Below are positions 12,649 through 25,153 of a stretch of DNA of 64,000 nucleotides, in pieces. Numbering within the stretch: position 1 is the first letter of the stretch; the number at the start of each line of letters is the position of its first letter. This DNA is from Atractiella rhizophila (Eukaryota), in assembly GCA_021432655.1 (NCBI GenBank), contig MU271268.1, positions 1 to 64,000 of the forward strand, read 5' to 3'. The position numbers and the translations under genes are program-made. The notes beneath the pieces were generated by a model. That model worked only from the letters and a program-made list of their open reading frames with translations. It searched no databases and was not told the DNA's origin.

Positions 12649-14158
12649 GATTTGCCAAGTGCCAAGGTACTCAAGAAATTGAGAGAAATATGGAGTCTCC
12701 AGCTAAGACTGGCCAAGAGGCAAAGATGCTTTGGCTGCTTTATATGTCTCGTTTGAATTACTGTAAGTTGCTCTGTTCTGAACGTCCTTCTTGCCATGAA
12801 GCTCTCAGAAAGCCTTGGCCTTGCAAATAAAAAAAATTGAAAGACACTGGATACAAGGCTCAGAAGGAGACCCACCCATTGGACTTGATGGACCTCAGCG
12901 TTGGTTAACGTTTCAACTGTGAGAACGAATGAAGGATATTTCTTTTCCGTAGCTCTGTCACCATAGTCGGGCGAGAAGTTTGTTCTACATTGCGTTTGCT
13001 GACTTTCTGACAGCGCGAGAAGAACCGCAACATTCTCGGAACGAGATTTCAGGGCCTTGAGGGTCACCTCGATCTTTTTCTCATATTTCGTTGACTGGGA
13101 GGACGGAGCCTATGGGCAGTCGTGTCACGACCGCAAAGCACTGTCACTGTGCTTCGAACACTGATGCCTAAATCAATCCGCTATCATCTCTTTGACGACT
13201 CGAGAAGGGTTCATGATGGAGGACAAACCCTGGATGCTTGCATGTAGCCTGAGGCTTGAACTCTGTTTCGTCTAGAGAGTAGTTGGGAACATACAATAAT
13301 CGGACATGCGTTTTCAGACTCTACAGCGGAATGTCATGAGTTAGACAGTAATCGGCTGCAAGTAACAACCTATGCGTTTCCAAGCTCGACCGTAAGGAAC
13401 CTACATGAGAGAAAGGTTAGGATACCTCGAAAAAGTTTTCCAGCTACAAACCAGTCCATTAGGTATTGTTTTCCTTCGTAAATGGGTCGGTCGGTAATAA
13501 TCGGGAGGGACAGCGCGAACTTGACGACTTGCACGAGCCCATCCGCTTAGGACCACACCCGCTTGCCACAAGCTGTCGTGTCGTGGCCGCAATCATGAAG
13601 GAAACGATGGCCTTTGTCTAGATCGTGTGTTCCAGATATTGCATTGGCTGCTAAAGATAGCTTTAGCAATGGATTCAAGCTATTAGAGAAAGCAGACCTT
13701 CCATTTGGGAGAGGGAATTGCCTGATAACCTGAGGTGCGAAGTTGCTTGCTGAAGTGCATTTTCGCAGGGTTCGAGGGAAAGCCTACGGTAAGGTGTTGA
13801 TAGGCCATATTGAAATACGGCCTTTAATATTGGATTCGCGAAAGGAACGAGAGGAACAGGAAAGAAGAATGTGCGCGTCATCCTCTCCTCAATTATGAAC
13901 CGCCAGTCGTCTATTGTATAACTTTGAAGAGAAAATGGTTCCGCCAATGTTCTGCTTACAGCCTCGACTGAGGAATCTAAATAGTATATCTTCAAGTGTC
14001 CCGCGCACGAGAAACTGGAGAAAGCTACATGACCTTCCAAGTACCCCAACCCAGTTAAGTTTTGCAGCAAGTCATGTATAGCGTGCCAATCTAAAGATGG
14101 CGGAGACAGGGTGTGATCTTGGACAAGGCCGCGTAAGCGGGCACAAATTGCATTGGTG

Positions 14159-15757
14159 TTATTTCTTCTCGATTGCATCTGCATCATCTGACGAACGATA
14201 GTCTCTCTCTTGACCTTCCGTATCCTTATGAGCCTCAAGTCTATCGTTCCTATTAAAATCTCCATCAAACATATAAATTGCGCGGTAAACAGACCTCTTT
14301 TCCACGTTTATTTCTGTTTCAACGTCAACTCTCACACCTCCATAACTGAGATGTAGATCCCCCTCTCTTCGCATCCCTCTCCCTACACCCTGAAAATGCG
14401 AGTCTGGTGATTCGCGAACATCAGGTTTATTAAGAGATCGAAATTTTGGAACCGTATTACTGCGTCCATTGGAGCCACTGTGGCTGCTCGCACCTCCCTC
14501 CCGCGAGTTCGAATTAGAAGCGACAGATCGTAGGTGCAGCACAATGCGGGACGCCATTATCGGTGTGAATGTGAGTGTAAGCGGAGAGTTCAAAGTTGGA
14601 TTGACTTCTGCAGGGATGCTGTGTTGCAAATGCTCGTTAATGAGACAAAGTCTGGCTCGAAATAGGAACTACGAACGAGAAGTAAACCACGTTGACTAGG
14701 TTGCAGATTGATACTATGATGAAGTAGAGGATTCCATCATGCATAAACGTCGAGAGGAGGCGCGTAAGTGGTGCGTTACGCGACTGAGTGATGAGCGGAC
14801 TTTTGAGGACTCAGCAGACACTCAGTGGGAGTTCAAGTGACGCACACGAGCATGAATATCGTAGCTGTCGTGTCGTAGAGGAGAAGCGGAACCCTATGCT
14901 TCCATTCATCAATCTAATCCCTAATTTGGCAGGAGACGCAAACCAATACAGCCATATGTAGCTATGGGAAGGATCAGCATGGTTAATCCGACATTGGTGA
15001 AGACAAATCACTTTTGGTCTCCTCTAACAGAGATGCATCCCCTCAAGCCAGGCAGTCTAAAACATTGTGGTCAGCATTTTCTTTCCCACAACCCAGTGAC
15101 CTAAAGGCATACAAAGGCAAAGTCTTGTCCCCAGAAAACGACCACACTTGAATAGCCGTCCCTCCAATGGCGAATATCACAAAGAAATAAGCAACCCATT
15201 CACGACGGTTCCATAATACCCAGACTCTTGCACCAAGGAGGAACTCGCAGTTCACTTCATCGATGTTACGCCAATCATTTTATATTGTATTGCGAGGAGT
15301 GGACTCACAAAACAGTATGGTGGTGGCGACAGGCTCGAGAATGTGAACCTTGTCACACGTTTTTGGAGTAAAATTGAACCAGAGCAGGCACATCGCCAGG
15401 ACGAACGTCAAGATGCCCCAGTAACTTCGAAATTGTTCCATGAGCCTTCTGGTTACGCGAATTTCGAGGAGACAGACGTACCGGTTGAAGAAAAACGAGA
15501 CTCGGACTGGTGTCCACCGCTCCGCCTTCCATATGGACCGGTATTCGCTTGGGAAAGTTAGGATAAAGTCCCAGCCATAGAGCGCAAAACAGGCTGCCCT
15601 CAGTTTAGTCAAGTTCCGCTGGGCGAGGACAGCGCGAACCCGTGAGATAGATACGACTACTAGAAAGGACTTCCTCCAAAACTGCACGCCGGACAGCGAG
15701 ATCAAGCTGTTCTTCGACATTAACATTTATGTTCTCTGAAGGATCTGATGATGACAT
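14159..15757 (-). CDS. 7-TM GPCR-like DUF6533-type protein (copy D)
   Basis: ATG at 15757 (MSSSDPSENINVNVEEQLDL). CFALYGWDFILTFPSEY... Ends DADAIEKK* at 14159. Confidence 0.88.
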
Positions 15758-16596
15758 GGCACTTGTGTGCCAAGGAACTTGTGAGGAATGTGGACCAGAG
15801 CCGCTAAGAAGAAAAGAGGCTGGGCCACTTTATAATTCTTGTTTGAATGTAGACTGTTCTGAAAGCTCTTCTTGCTTGAAACTCTGGGCAGCTCTTGGCC
15901 TTGCACATAAACATGACGTGCCGCGATGAAGAAGATGAACTCAGAATAAGAACCCACTGTTGGGCCCAAAGGGAACTTAACGTTCACCGTTCAACAGCGG
16001 TGCAGGAAACGAACGAAAAGTATATATCCTTCTTGCACGCATGTTTCTCACCGTATTCGGACGAGAGCTTTGTTTTACCTCTACAGTACCAGCTTCGGTG
16101 AGAATAATCGCGACATTCTCGGAACACGGAACAGGTTTACGGCGAATATACTTCAACTCGTCTCACAGCATTTCTTGCTCATATATTTGAGGTGCTGTGA
16201 GAACGGAACCGGAGAGCACGCGTCCCCCCAGCAGATGAAATAAAATCATGAGAAGCAACGAGTTTGATGAATTTTGCATTCCAAGAGAGAATACAGAGCA
16301 AAGGCAGCTGGATTGATCCTCAGTCCTCATACATTCAAGGAGAGATTCTAGTTTTTTGAATATAGAAGTTAAAACAAGCGTTTTCATACGCCATCGCGGG
16401 AAGCAACCATTTGCCAGATCAATTCACCTGTATGATCCATCAGTGACGCATTCTTCGAGAGGCATATCTGGAGGAAGTGGTGCGTACTACTCGGCTTTCC
16501 TCAAGGGAAAAGCGAAAGATGGCAAGGATTCAGCCATGGGACACGAGTCTACTCAAGGCCATCCATGCCATAGTAGTATCCTGCTTTCAATTTTCT

Positions 16597-17806
16597 TTAC
16601 CCTAAGCTCCACACTCCTGTCGCTCCGATCACCGCCATTGCTCCAAAATACCATCTGAGCCCTGGACGTAGGGCATAAAGGTACATTCCACCTGAACTGG
16701 TCACTGGACATGCCATGAATGAGCGGCGTACTCTGCTTAAAGTAGATAGAAGGAAGAACCATGGAAAGGGAGAACATACATACGATCGACCCTGAGGTCA
16801 CAAAGCCCTTGGTGACGCTTGAGAAGTCGCGCACGACGAGGGAGACGAGGATACCGCCGAGGGATTGGAGTAGAATGACTCCCCAGACAAGCGGGGTATA
16901 ACCTATCATAGGGGTGAGTGTTATTTCCAATAGGTAGGACGGGGCAGCATGCCTAGAAAAAAAATTTCTAGGGACAAACTCGTAGGTGAGCCGAGGAGAG
17001 GTGAGGCCGCAAAGGCGATAGAAGGCAAGGCGAGGGAGACATTCTTAGTCCACAACGTATCGTTTTTCATCCCCTTCTCTCGTTCCTCCCTCTCCTTTGT
17101 TCCTTCCACTTTTGCCGGAGTGGGAGGAGAGCGTTTCAGCAACGACTCAAACCAGCACCCCGCCACGCCGCTCGTCACACTCGCTGCTCCGATCGCAAGC
17201 AATCCGCGTACTTTGTCCTCTCCTTCATTGCCCAATCCACTCTTCCCTCCAGCACCGTCGTCTAGTTGGACGAGAGCCACGCCGACGACTAGGAGGAGAA
17301 AGCGAACCATTTCCTCAGTGACAGCCTGTGCGAGAAGAAGAAGGAAGAAAAGACAGCAGTTGTCAGCAGTTTGAGTTGGTATGTCAGGACGTAGGTCGGT
17401 GGGGAGAGTGAGGAGAGCGCTATGTACTGTCACTTCCTTTTCAATCCAATTCCAGAGAAGATGGATGGAAGACTGCGCACTAACAAGTTGTTCTGCAACC
17501 ACATATCGTTAGAAATTGAAGTCCGGAGGGAAGGCAAAGACAAACCTGAAGTGTGTACAGGAGTGAAGGAACACACATCATCCCTACTTCTCCGCCTTTC
17601 AGTTGGCGAATGACCTTCCAAGGTGGCGTCCCGCTGACGGACAGTTCCATCGCCAGCGAAAAGAGCAACTTTACGACCTCTGTAACCAAAACTGCAGTGC
17701 GCGGATCGTAGGAAGTGGCGTGGAGCGAGTGCGAAGTGAGGAGGGAGATGGACGAATTCTGGATGAGGAGAAGGAGGGGGAGCAGAGGACGCGGTATGGA
17801 GAGCAT
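16597..17806 (-). pseudogene. Nucleotide-sugar (SLC35A/UDP-galactose-type) transporter with an apparent 1-nt frameshift
   Basis: Motifs AVLVTEVVKL, VPSLLYTLQNNLLYIA, TYQLKLLTTAVFS, GVALVQL, SGVAGCWFE and GGILVSLVV..SSVTKGF. After RKWFA the frame hits TAG near 17290, while LLLVVGVALVQL continues in another frame. Confidence 0.8.
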
Positions 17807-19239
17807 TCTACGAGCTTTCTAGTGTAATTTAAATACTAGCTCATTCAGCAAGTCCTTGCTGTTGCGCGACTCTAATGTTGTTAATGGTAATTTGAAAGTT
17901 TGCCTGGGTTTGAACATTGGCAGGGTCGGTTCCAATTTTCCAAGTTTGGAAGAACCTTTTTCTGTTACCATTCACTCATTTCTTTTTTACGTTCTTTAGC
18001 TGAACAAAGGATTGTGTATTCCTGACGATAAAGCTTGACTACAAGTTACATGCGTCGCAGAGCTCCATGATGCGGTCTCTCGTTTGATAGACACGTCGGC
18101 TCCTCGCGCACAGAATGAGAAGTGACAACGCACCCCCGAGAAGTTGACATCGACTGAAGCACGTGTTTGTGATCTTTCCGTCTATTTCGCATTGATGAGA
18201 TGCCATCTAGCAGGCGAATGCGGGAAGTCGACGATGACGGGGGAACTAGAAAAGGAAAAAAAAGTCATGCACGAGCAGAAATGCCTCCTCGCGTTCGCAC
18301 TCTTATCAACTCATCGGCCAGATTGTGGTTGGACAAGTATTAGATGGAAGCTTTTGTCTAGTTCTCTCTCTGGTGGACGAGAGTGTTGACAAGTATGGTT
18401 ACTGCAAGTTATACGCCACTTGTAAGGGGATTGATTTTCGTTTCCTCAACCTTCCCTGTTGACTGCGATAATTTCTGTCACCAGGGAAGGGATCTGCGTA
18501 TCATTCCCATCCCTTGGCACATCCTTAGCCTTGCCCTCGATTCCTTTCTATTTATAGCTGAACTGTGCCGCTCAATCATATTATCAATCCAGAGCGACCA
18601 GAACTGGCGGAAGACGGAATCTGCACCTGCACTCCTGGCCTCGAATGATACATGATAGCAATGACATTGGTTGGAAGCGATGAGAATGTCGTGATTAGGG
18701 TAGAGATCTCAATGATTTTTGAAAAAAGCTCACGACCAGTGGGTGGGAATGTGATCGTCAACGGCGCGTACTATATATCAAGCCGGCTCCGTTTCATTTG
18801 ATCTTTGCCTTCCACTGGCAATCGGGGAAGTTGAATTGTACGCACCTCGTCTTCCTGATATTTCTGCTGGAGGTGTGAGACTGACCAACGCCCAGGCGAC
18901 TCGCTCTCTTGATGCGCTGTTTCCCATATTGCGTATGAAAACGCTGATATTGTATCTTACCTTTCTGGCTCGTTGCATTTCAAGCAGTCCTGAAACTTTG
19001 ATGAATCAAATGCGAGCACCCACGCTTTGCGGTTTGTTGTGGCAAGAAGATTTCGAAAATAACGTTGCTTTCTCATTCCAGACCTTGACTGAGAAAGCTT
19101 CTGGAGAAACAGTTGACCCAGTTCTCAGTACTTCGAATTGCATCGCATGGCCTTGCTTGTAAAATGTCCTCTGCAACTGAATATAATGAGCAAAAACGCT
19201 TTGCTGAAACGAGTTTGAAAGAGATGAAGCTAACGTGAG

Positions 19240-19666
19240 GTAGTCTTGTTCCGAGAGTCTTGCGCGCTTACTCCGGCAGAAGTCTGCGGTGAGCAGAAGC
19301 AACACTCTCGTCCGAATATGATGAGGGAAGGCTTCGAACAAGTATAATTCTTTTGTTGTTCTCTTAGTTGATACCCGTTGATGTCCCTGGAGCCCAATTG
19401 GTGGGTCTTCCTTCTGAGTCCTTCAGCGCGTATTTTATGTGCGAGCCAAGACTTTCCCAGAGCTTCCTTCCCAACCTTTGAACGCCCAAGGTTGGAGGGA
19501 CGCACTTCGAGAATAAGGTCGATGGTGTTCATCTTGCAAGAAAGACTTTTAGAATAATTTATATTCAAACAGGACCTATAAAGGAGCGTGCTTGGCTCCT
19601 TGGCCTCCCAGCTTGGACTTCCGTCTTCCTCACAAAATTCCTTGGCACCAAGACTAACCAAGGAGA
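19240..19666 (+). promoter_or_regulatory. Promoter shared by the 7-TM paralogues (also 7030-7430, 12650-13050 and 15760-16130 on the minus strand)
   Basis: TATAAA 70-100 bp upstream of each ATG (7113-7119, 12739-12745, 15829-15834, 19577-19582). Conserved TCTCGGAAC and TCGG(A/G)CGAGA blocks in all four. Confidence 0.7.
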
Positions 19667-21270
19667 ATGTCATCGTCCGCTTCAGCGGGTCCGAGTCCCA
19701 CTGTCCAAGAACAGCTCGATCTCGCTCTTCAGCGTGCAGATTTAGAAGGAGTACTTTCCGCCAGTCGTATCTATCTCACTGGTTTGTATATTCCTCATTC
19801 CTCCAGCCAGCTTAGCAGAAATTACACACAGCTTGTTTTGCGCTCTATGGTTGGGACTTTATCCTTAGTTTCCCAGCCGAATACAAGGCAATGTGGAAGG
19901 CAGAACGCTGGACGCCAGTTCGAGTCTCATTCTTCTTCAATCGGTATGCCTCACTCCTCTGTTGTTCGCTCCGTAAAGTGAAAGACTAATCAAAATTGTG
20001 CAGCTACTGGGGTCTCCTGACTTTTGTCCTGGCGATGTGTCTTCTCTGGTTTAAATTCACCCTGAAAACGTGCAACCGAGTTCATATTCTGGAACCTCTG
20101 GCTACCACGATTCTCTTTTGTGAGTCCCTTCCTCTCAAGCCGAGTATCGATAAATAGGTTGACATGACGTGAACGCAGTGAACTGCGAGTTCCTCCTTGG
20201 TACAAGAGTTTGGGTAATGTGGAACCGTCGTAAATGGATTGCCTACTTCTTTGGATCATTTGCATTCGTTGGAACGGCTGTTCAAATTTGGTCCTTTGCT
20301 GAAGACGACGCCTTGCGTCTGTAAGTCTTCACGTTGATCACCGTACAGACGACAAATGCAGACGCCTCGGTTAGATTGCCCGGCTTGAGAGGATGTATTT
20401 CTATTCGAGGACGTCAACAGTGATTCGTCTTCACGTCCATCTAGCATGAGTAAAGCTGATATATCCACAAGCTACATATGGCTCTATTGGTTCGTACCTC
20501 CACCAAAATATGAATCAGATTGCTAACAATACTCACAGGATCCCGCTTCTCCTTTACGACACTACAGCGACAGTATTCATGCTCGTGTCCGTCGCCGTAC
20601 CCCTAACTGACTGGTTACTCATTTATTTGAAGACCACTCCTTACTCAATGGCGAAACGCGCCTCCTACCCACCTCATCTCGACCTTCATGCGCGATGGCA
20701 TCCTCTATTTCATCATCGTATCGATTTGTAATTTGGTCAACGTGATTTATTTCTCGTTCGTAGTGACCTTATCCTAGCTGAACTTTCTCCATGAACTGAC
20801 GGATATCTGCAACACAGCATTCCTAAAGAACTCAATCCGACTTTGAACTGCCCGCTTACCCTGACGTTCACAACGATGATGGCTTCTCGCATTGTTCTCC
20901 ACCTTCGAACTGTTGCTTCGGGTCCAAACTCACGAGAGGGCGGCAGTAGTAGCCGTAGTGGTTCACATGGACGTGTTAACACAATCCCAAAGTTCCGGAG
21001 CGCTAACAAGCCTGATGTCCTTGAATCACCAGACCTTCATCTCCAGAGTGTAGGGAGGCGGAGAGAAGGGGATTTACATCTCAGTTATGGAGGTGTTAGG
21101 GTCGATATTGAGACAGAAATAAACGTGGAAAAGAGGTCTGTTCGCTCGCCATTCTTGGTATTGAATGAAGATCCTGATCCGTGAACAGGCTTGAGGCTGG
21201 AAAGGATGCGGTGGATCAAGAGACAGAGTATCGATTGTCAGATGAACCCGTTGTTGTAAAGAAGACTTGA
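19667..21270 (+). CDS. 7-TM GPCR-like DUF6533-type protein (copy E, inverted)
   Basis: ATG at 19667 (MSSSASAGPSPTVQEQLDL). Same exon layout as B-D. Last exon RLEAGKDAVDQETEYRLSDEPVVVKKT* ends at 21270. Confidence 0.88.
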
Positions 21271-21849
21271 ACCTAGCGAATGACCATTTGACTTTCTCCC
21301 ATGAGAAAAATTGGCACTTCAACAGCTAAGTATGCAGGAGTGAGATGGTGTTGTCATGCGTTCCCTTTGCTTTTGCAAAAGGACTGCTCCAAACTGCTTC
21401 TGCACGTTTATATGCCAAGACGTAGCCGAAAGGGCAGAATTCTATGGAAGGTAATGGCATTATTTCTGTATTATCGGCCCCCCACTTCAGCCTGAAGGGA
21501 GTTTTATAGTCGGTGACAAAGAAAACGAGTTAAAGAACGCTCGAAGAGCGATCGGAGCGAAAGAGCAGCTAGCTAGGAGATTACTCGATCCTACTATAGT
21601 CCGTACGTATGGGTACGAAGAAAAACGACATAATAGAAGCAGCTTTCGATCATCAATTGAGATGAAAGCTGATCGAAATAGAAGCGAAGTTGACTGCGGT
21701 TACAAAGAAGAACGAGGTTATAAATCCTTCAGCTAGGGACTTGAAGGTCGAAAGTGAAGTCTAAGCCTTTCAGATCGAGTCTTCAAATCGAGCAAAAGAC
21801 TCGACCTCTATGAGCTGCGGTGTAGTACGTATATTAGACCGCTCGAAAA

Positions 21850-23165
21850 CGAACGAACGGATAAATTAGGATCGAGGAGCGTCCATCAGGAAACGACCAC
21901 CGGAGCACTAAAAGGCCCATTATTTGAGGAAAACCAGCAAGAAATGTTGAAGTAGACTTACGGATACCTGACGCTTTGAGCCTCGAAAGGAACGACGGAT
22001 GCTTGTGCTTTGCGTTGTTGCTTGCGAGGGACAGAGAAAGACAGTCTTGCCTAATCCACTCCTCAGCCTTTAATCCTACAGATGGGGAGGTAAAGGAAGG
22101 GATAACGAACCAGTGCAGTTGCTATGGATCATTTTCAAGGACGAATGCGTTCCCTACCTCCCTCGAAGGGAAGAACGATCCCGCTTCCTGCTTGTCGCCA
22201 AACTGAGCTTGAGGGGAGGAGGGGTGAGCGAGCTGCCATGCTTCCGGTGTAAACACGAACAGAGCCTTCCTCCGTTTATTGTCTACTTGGAGGAAAGTCA
22301 GTTGTGGAGCTCCCTGCCCCTCCACTAGGAAAGAGCGACCTTTTTATCCTCCTAAACTCTCAACAAAGCCATCCAGCTGACGCATCCAACAACGAGCGTG
22401 ATCGGATCTCCAAACACTTACAGCTCCAAGGTTGGTCCAATCAATTGCCGTGCAAGAACAAAGGCTTCAATACATCAACTCCGAACCGACGGCCCAGCAG
22501 CAGTTCTCCGCTCCGATCTTGATGGCCATCATTCAAAGAAGGTCAAAAGAGACTATGGGACTTTTTGTTTGCTGCAAATAAAGGCAAGTCGTGACATGAG
22601 AGCTCTTTTGTCCAGTATTCGTTCAAAGCACAGATGCGATCGGCCTTTCAAAGAAAGCAGACAGCTTGCTTTAGCTAGAAATTTCCAAACATATCTCGCT
22701 TTGTGCATCAAAATGAAGAAAGACGAGTATTGACTGCTCCTGGAGGGAGCGAGACGGAAGCTCCCAGTGGCGATGGATCTCCTTCGCCTCAAGCCGTCAA
22801 GGTCTGAATGTTCAAGGGAAGGGTGAACCTTCCGAACAATTCGGGACAAAGCACAATGTATCTCGTTCGTTATGAATGTGCATGTCAGACGACGGGATCC
22901 CTTGCATCCCAAACGAGTTTCGTGGGATTTGCCTATTCCTCTTCTCCAATATCGTGATATTGAAAGAACATTCTGGTCAGCTGACCAATAGCGGAAGGTC
23001 AGGAGTACTGAAGGACGAAGATTGGGGACCCCAAATTCTAGCAGTTGTAGTAGGAGGATTTGGAGGAGGTAGAAGCTCGTCAGCCGCCTCTGTTTCACCG
23101 GGCACCGGGCCTGTGAACATGATCTCTGCTCGTTTGTCCCCATGCTTTCGCGAGATATATCGCAT
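21850..23165 (-). CDS. Possible multi-exon hypothetical gene or pseudogene
   Basis: Open segments (MRYISRKHG..., QLTFLQVDNKRRKALFVFTPEAW...) bounded by plausible splice sites. No recognisable domain, and a full model was not resolved. Confidence 0.3.
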
Positions 23166-23316
23166 ACAGTTGCGCTTCACATCATTCATGTCATTGGACA
23201 ATCCGTGGACAATGCCTCTTTACTTTCACAGCCCTGGACGACGTGACCGACGCATCCTTGAATGTTACTTCCCTCCTCCGTTCGCCACCTAAAGTTCAGC
23301 TCAAGATCTCTCCACC

Positions 23317-25153
23317 ATGCTGGGGTCCAAGGGAAAGAAAAAAGTGAGGACAAATACCAGTGTACGTTCGCAAACGCCCCCGGAGCCCACAGAGGAACCA
23401 GCTAGTCCTTCAGCACTAGTGGCGTCAGCATATCCGGCAGCGGTGGACGAAGGGACCACGTCGAGGTCTCGCACTCTTGACAATACTGAACTAGATGCGG
23501 CGATAAATTCTTCCTTGGATTGCGGTGAAGAGCGAGCGCCAATACGCGACATTGTAACTGGGAATAACGACTGGTTTGGAGATGGGAAACGTCTTATGGT
23601 GTGCATCCTCTCACGTCGCGGTCAATGTGATCCTGATTTTAATGTAGAAGCATTTCATTTGGGACATACTGTGGGTGGATGGATCGCTCGTGATGGTTCC
23701 TTTTGAAGAGGAGGATCGCAACTGGACGGTGCGTGCTGTTTGGCACTGCTTTATCATATTTGCTCCTCAATGCTGCCATAGGTGGGGTTATCAAAGACTC
23801 TCCAACCAAATTGCTATCGCCTTACAGTTTCTGGGCAGACTTCTATAAATCATTGGGCCGCCATTGAAGTAGGTCCACTTCTCAAAGTCTTGAACCAGGC
23901 TTTTACTCATTCATAGTACAGATTTCTTCGTCAGATGGTAGCAAACTTTCATCTGAGTTACGAATTGGGTCAGATAGTCCTCAACCTGTATCTTTCCCCA
24001 CTGTTTGGACTACAGGCAAGGTTTGGACACCGATTGTGCTTAACATTATGATGATTGCCTGATCAGGTATGCTGGACAGGTTACAGCTCGGATGACACTT
24101 TGGATTATTCCTGAACGTGAAAGATCCATCAATCACATTGTGAATCGCTTCAACAACCTGCAAAATCATCTTCAGCTCTTCGACGATCCTCTTTATTCGG
24201 ACGTGGCTTTCGCTTTCTCAGGACCACATGGAAAGATGGTTAAGATATATACAGCCAGTAAGTTGCTCCGAACTGCCAGTGAGTACTTCAGTGACAGTAA
24301 GTTTATACTTGTTGTTGTCCCCAAAACACCCATGATATCATAGTGTTCGCCTTTGGCGGGTTTGGTATGGGACCTAGTTCAATAAGGGATGATGATTCGG
24401 ACAAAGAACTTGATAAAGCAATTTTTCATCAACCATTGGTGCGTCCGTAGCAATAGCGTATGAGCTCACCTAATAGCTTATCGGTAGGAACCGAGGGACA
24501 ACCCTCACTCTGTCACCGTTGTTGCCATTAAACACAGCTGCTATTCTACTTACCGTGCTTTGTTATATTATCTGCTGTCTGGGTGTGTTCCTCTACTAAT
24601 ATGCTCGGTTAATGTTAACGCTCACTGAACCTCGCAGGGAAATCTCTTTTGCCCCACTGAGGTCATCAAAATTGCCCGACAAAGAAACGGAGGCTGAACA
24701 AGAAGCGGATCTCAGTTCGAACACATCTCCATGGGCTTCTAGGCCAATTCGAGTTTCGCCCAAGTCCATTTACAGACTTGCAGATGGTTGGTTTGTTGTT
24801 GCAGCAATTGGGACAATAGCTTACATCACTTCCAGAACACAGAATCATACCATTGCGCGAGCTGGCGTTGCAGAGTATCACTGCTGGTTTAACGGTTCAA
24901 GGAGTTCTGGCTGAAGTATCCTCATCCTTTGCGCGAGAATACGATGAGGTGAGACACGCAGGAATCCAATTTTTGGCTCAGCATTGGGTCCGCTTTAACT
25001 TCTGTATTTCTGATGTCCAAAGGTTTACTGATCTTGGGACAGGCTGATGTCAAAGAAACAACAAGTTACGAGGTGTTTAAATCAAGGGAAGATTTATCCG
25101 GCTCCCTTCTGGGAGAGATTGTCGAAGAGGTTCGCCGACAGAGTGGATTATGA
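23317..25153 (+). CDS. BTB/POZ-domain protein
   Basis: LFDDPLYSDVAFAF..IYTASKLLRTASEYF, TYRALLYYL, ISFAPLRS, SPKSIYRLAD and LAEVSSSFAREYDEV are typical of basidiomycete BTB proteins. Last exon ends RRQSGL*. Confidence 0.85.

Noticed and set aside
13675..14158. 197-aa minus-strand ORF
   Set aside because: It begins as an alternate frame of copy D's last exon and has no recognisable domain.
18400..19341. Possible thioesterase-like remnant
   Set aside because: Similarity is too weak, stops are frequent, and the 5' part overlaps the conserved promoter of copy E.
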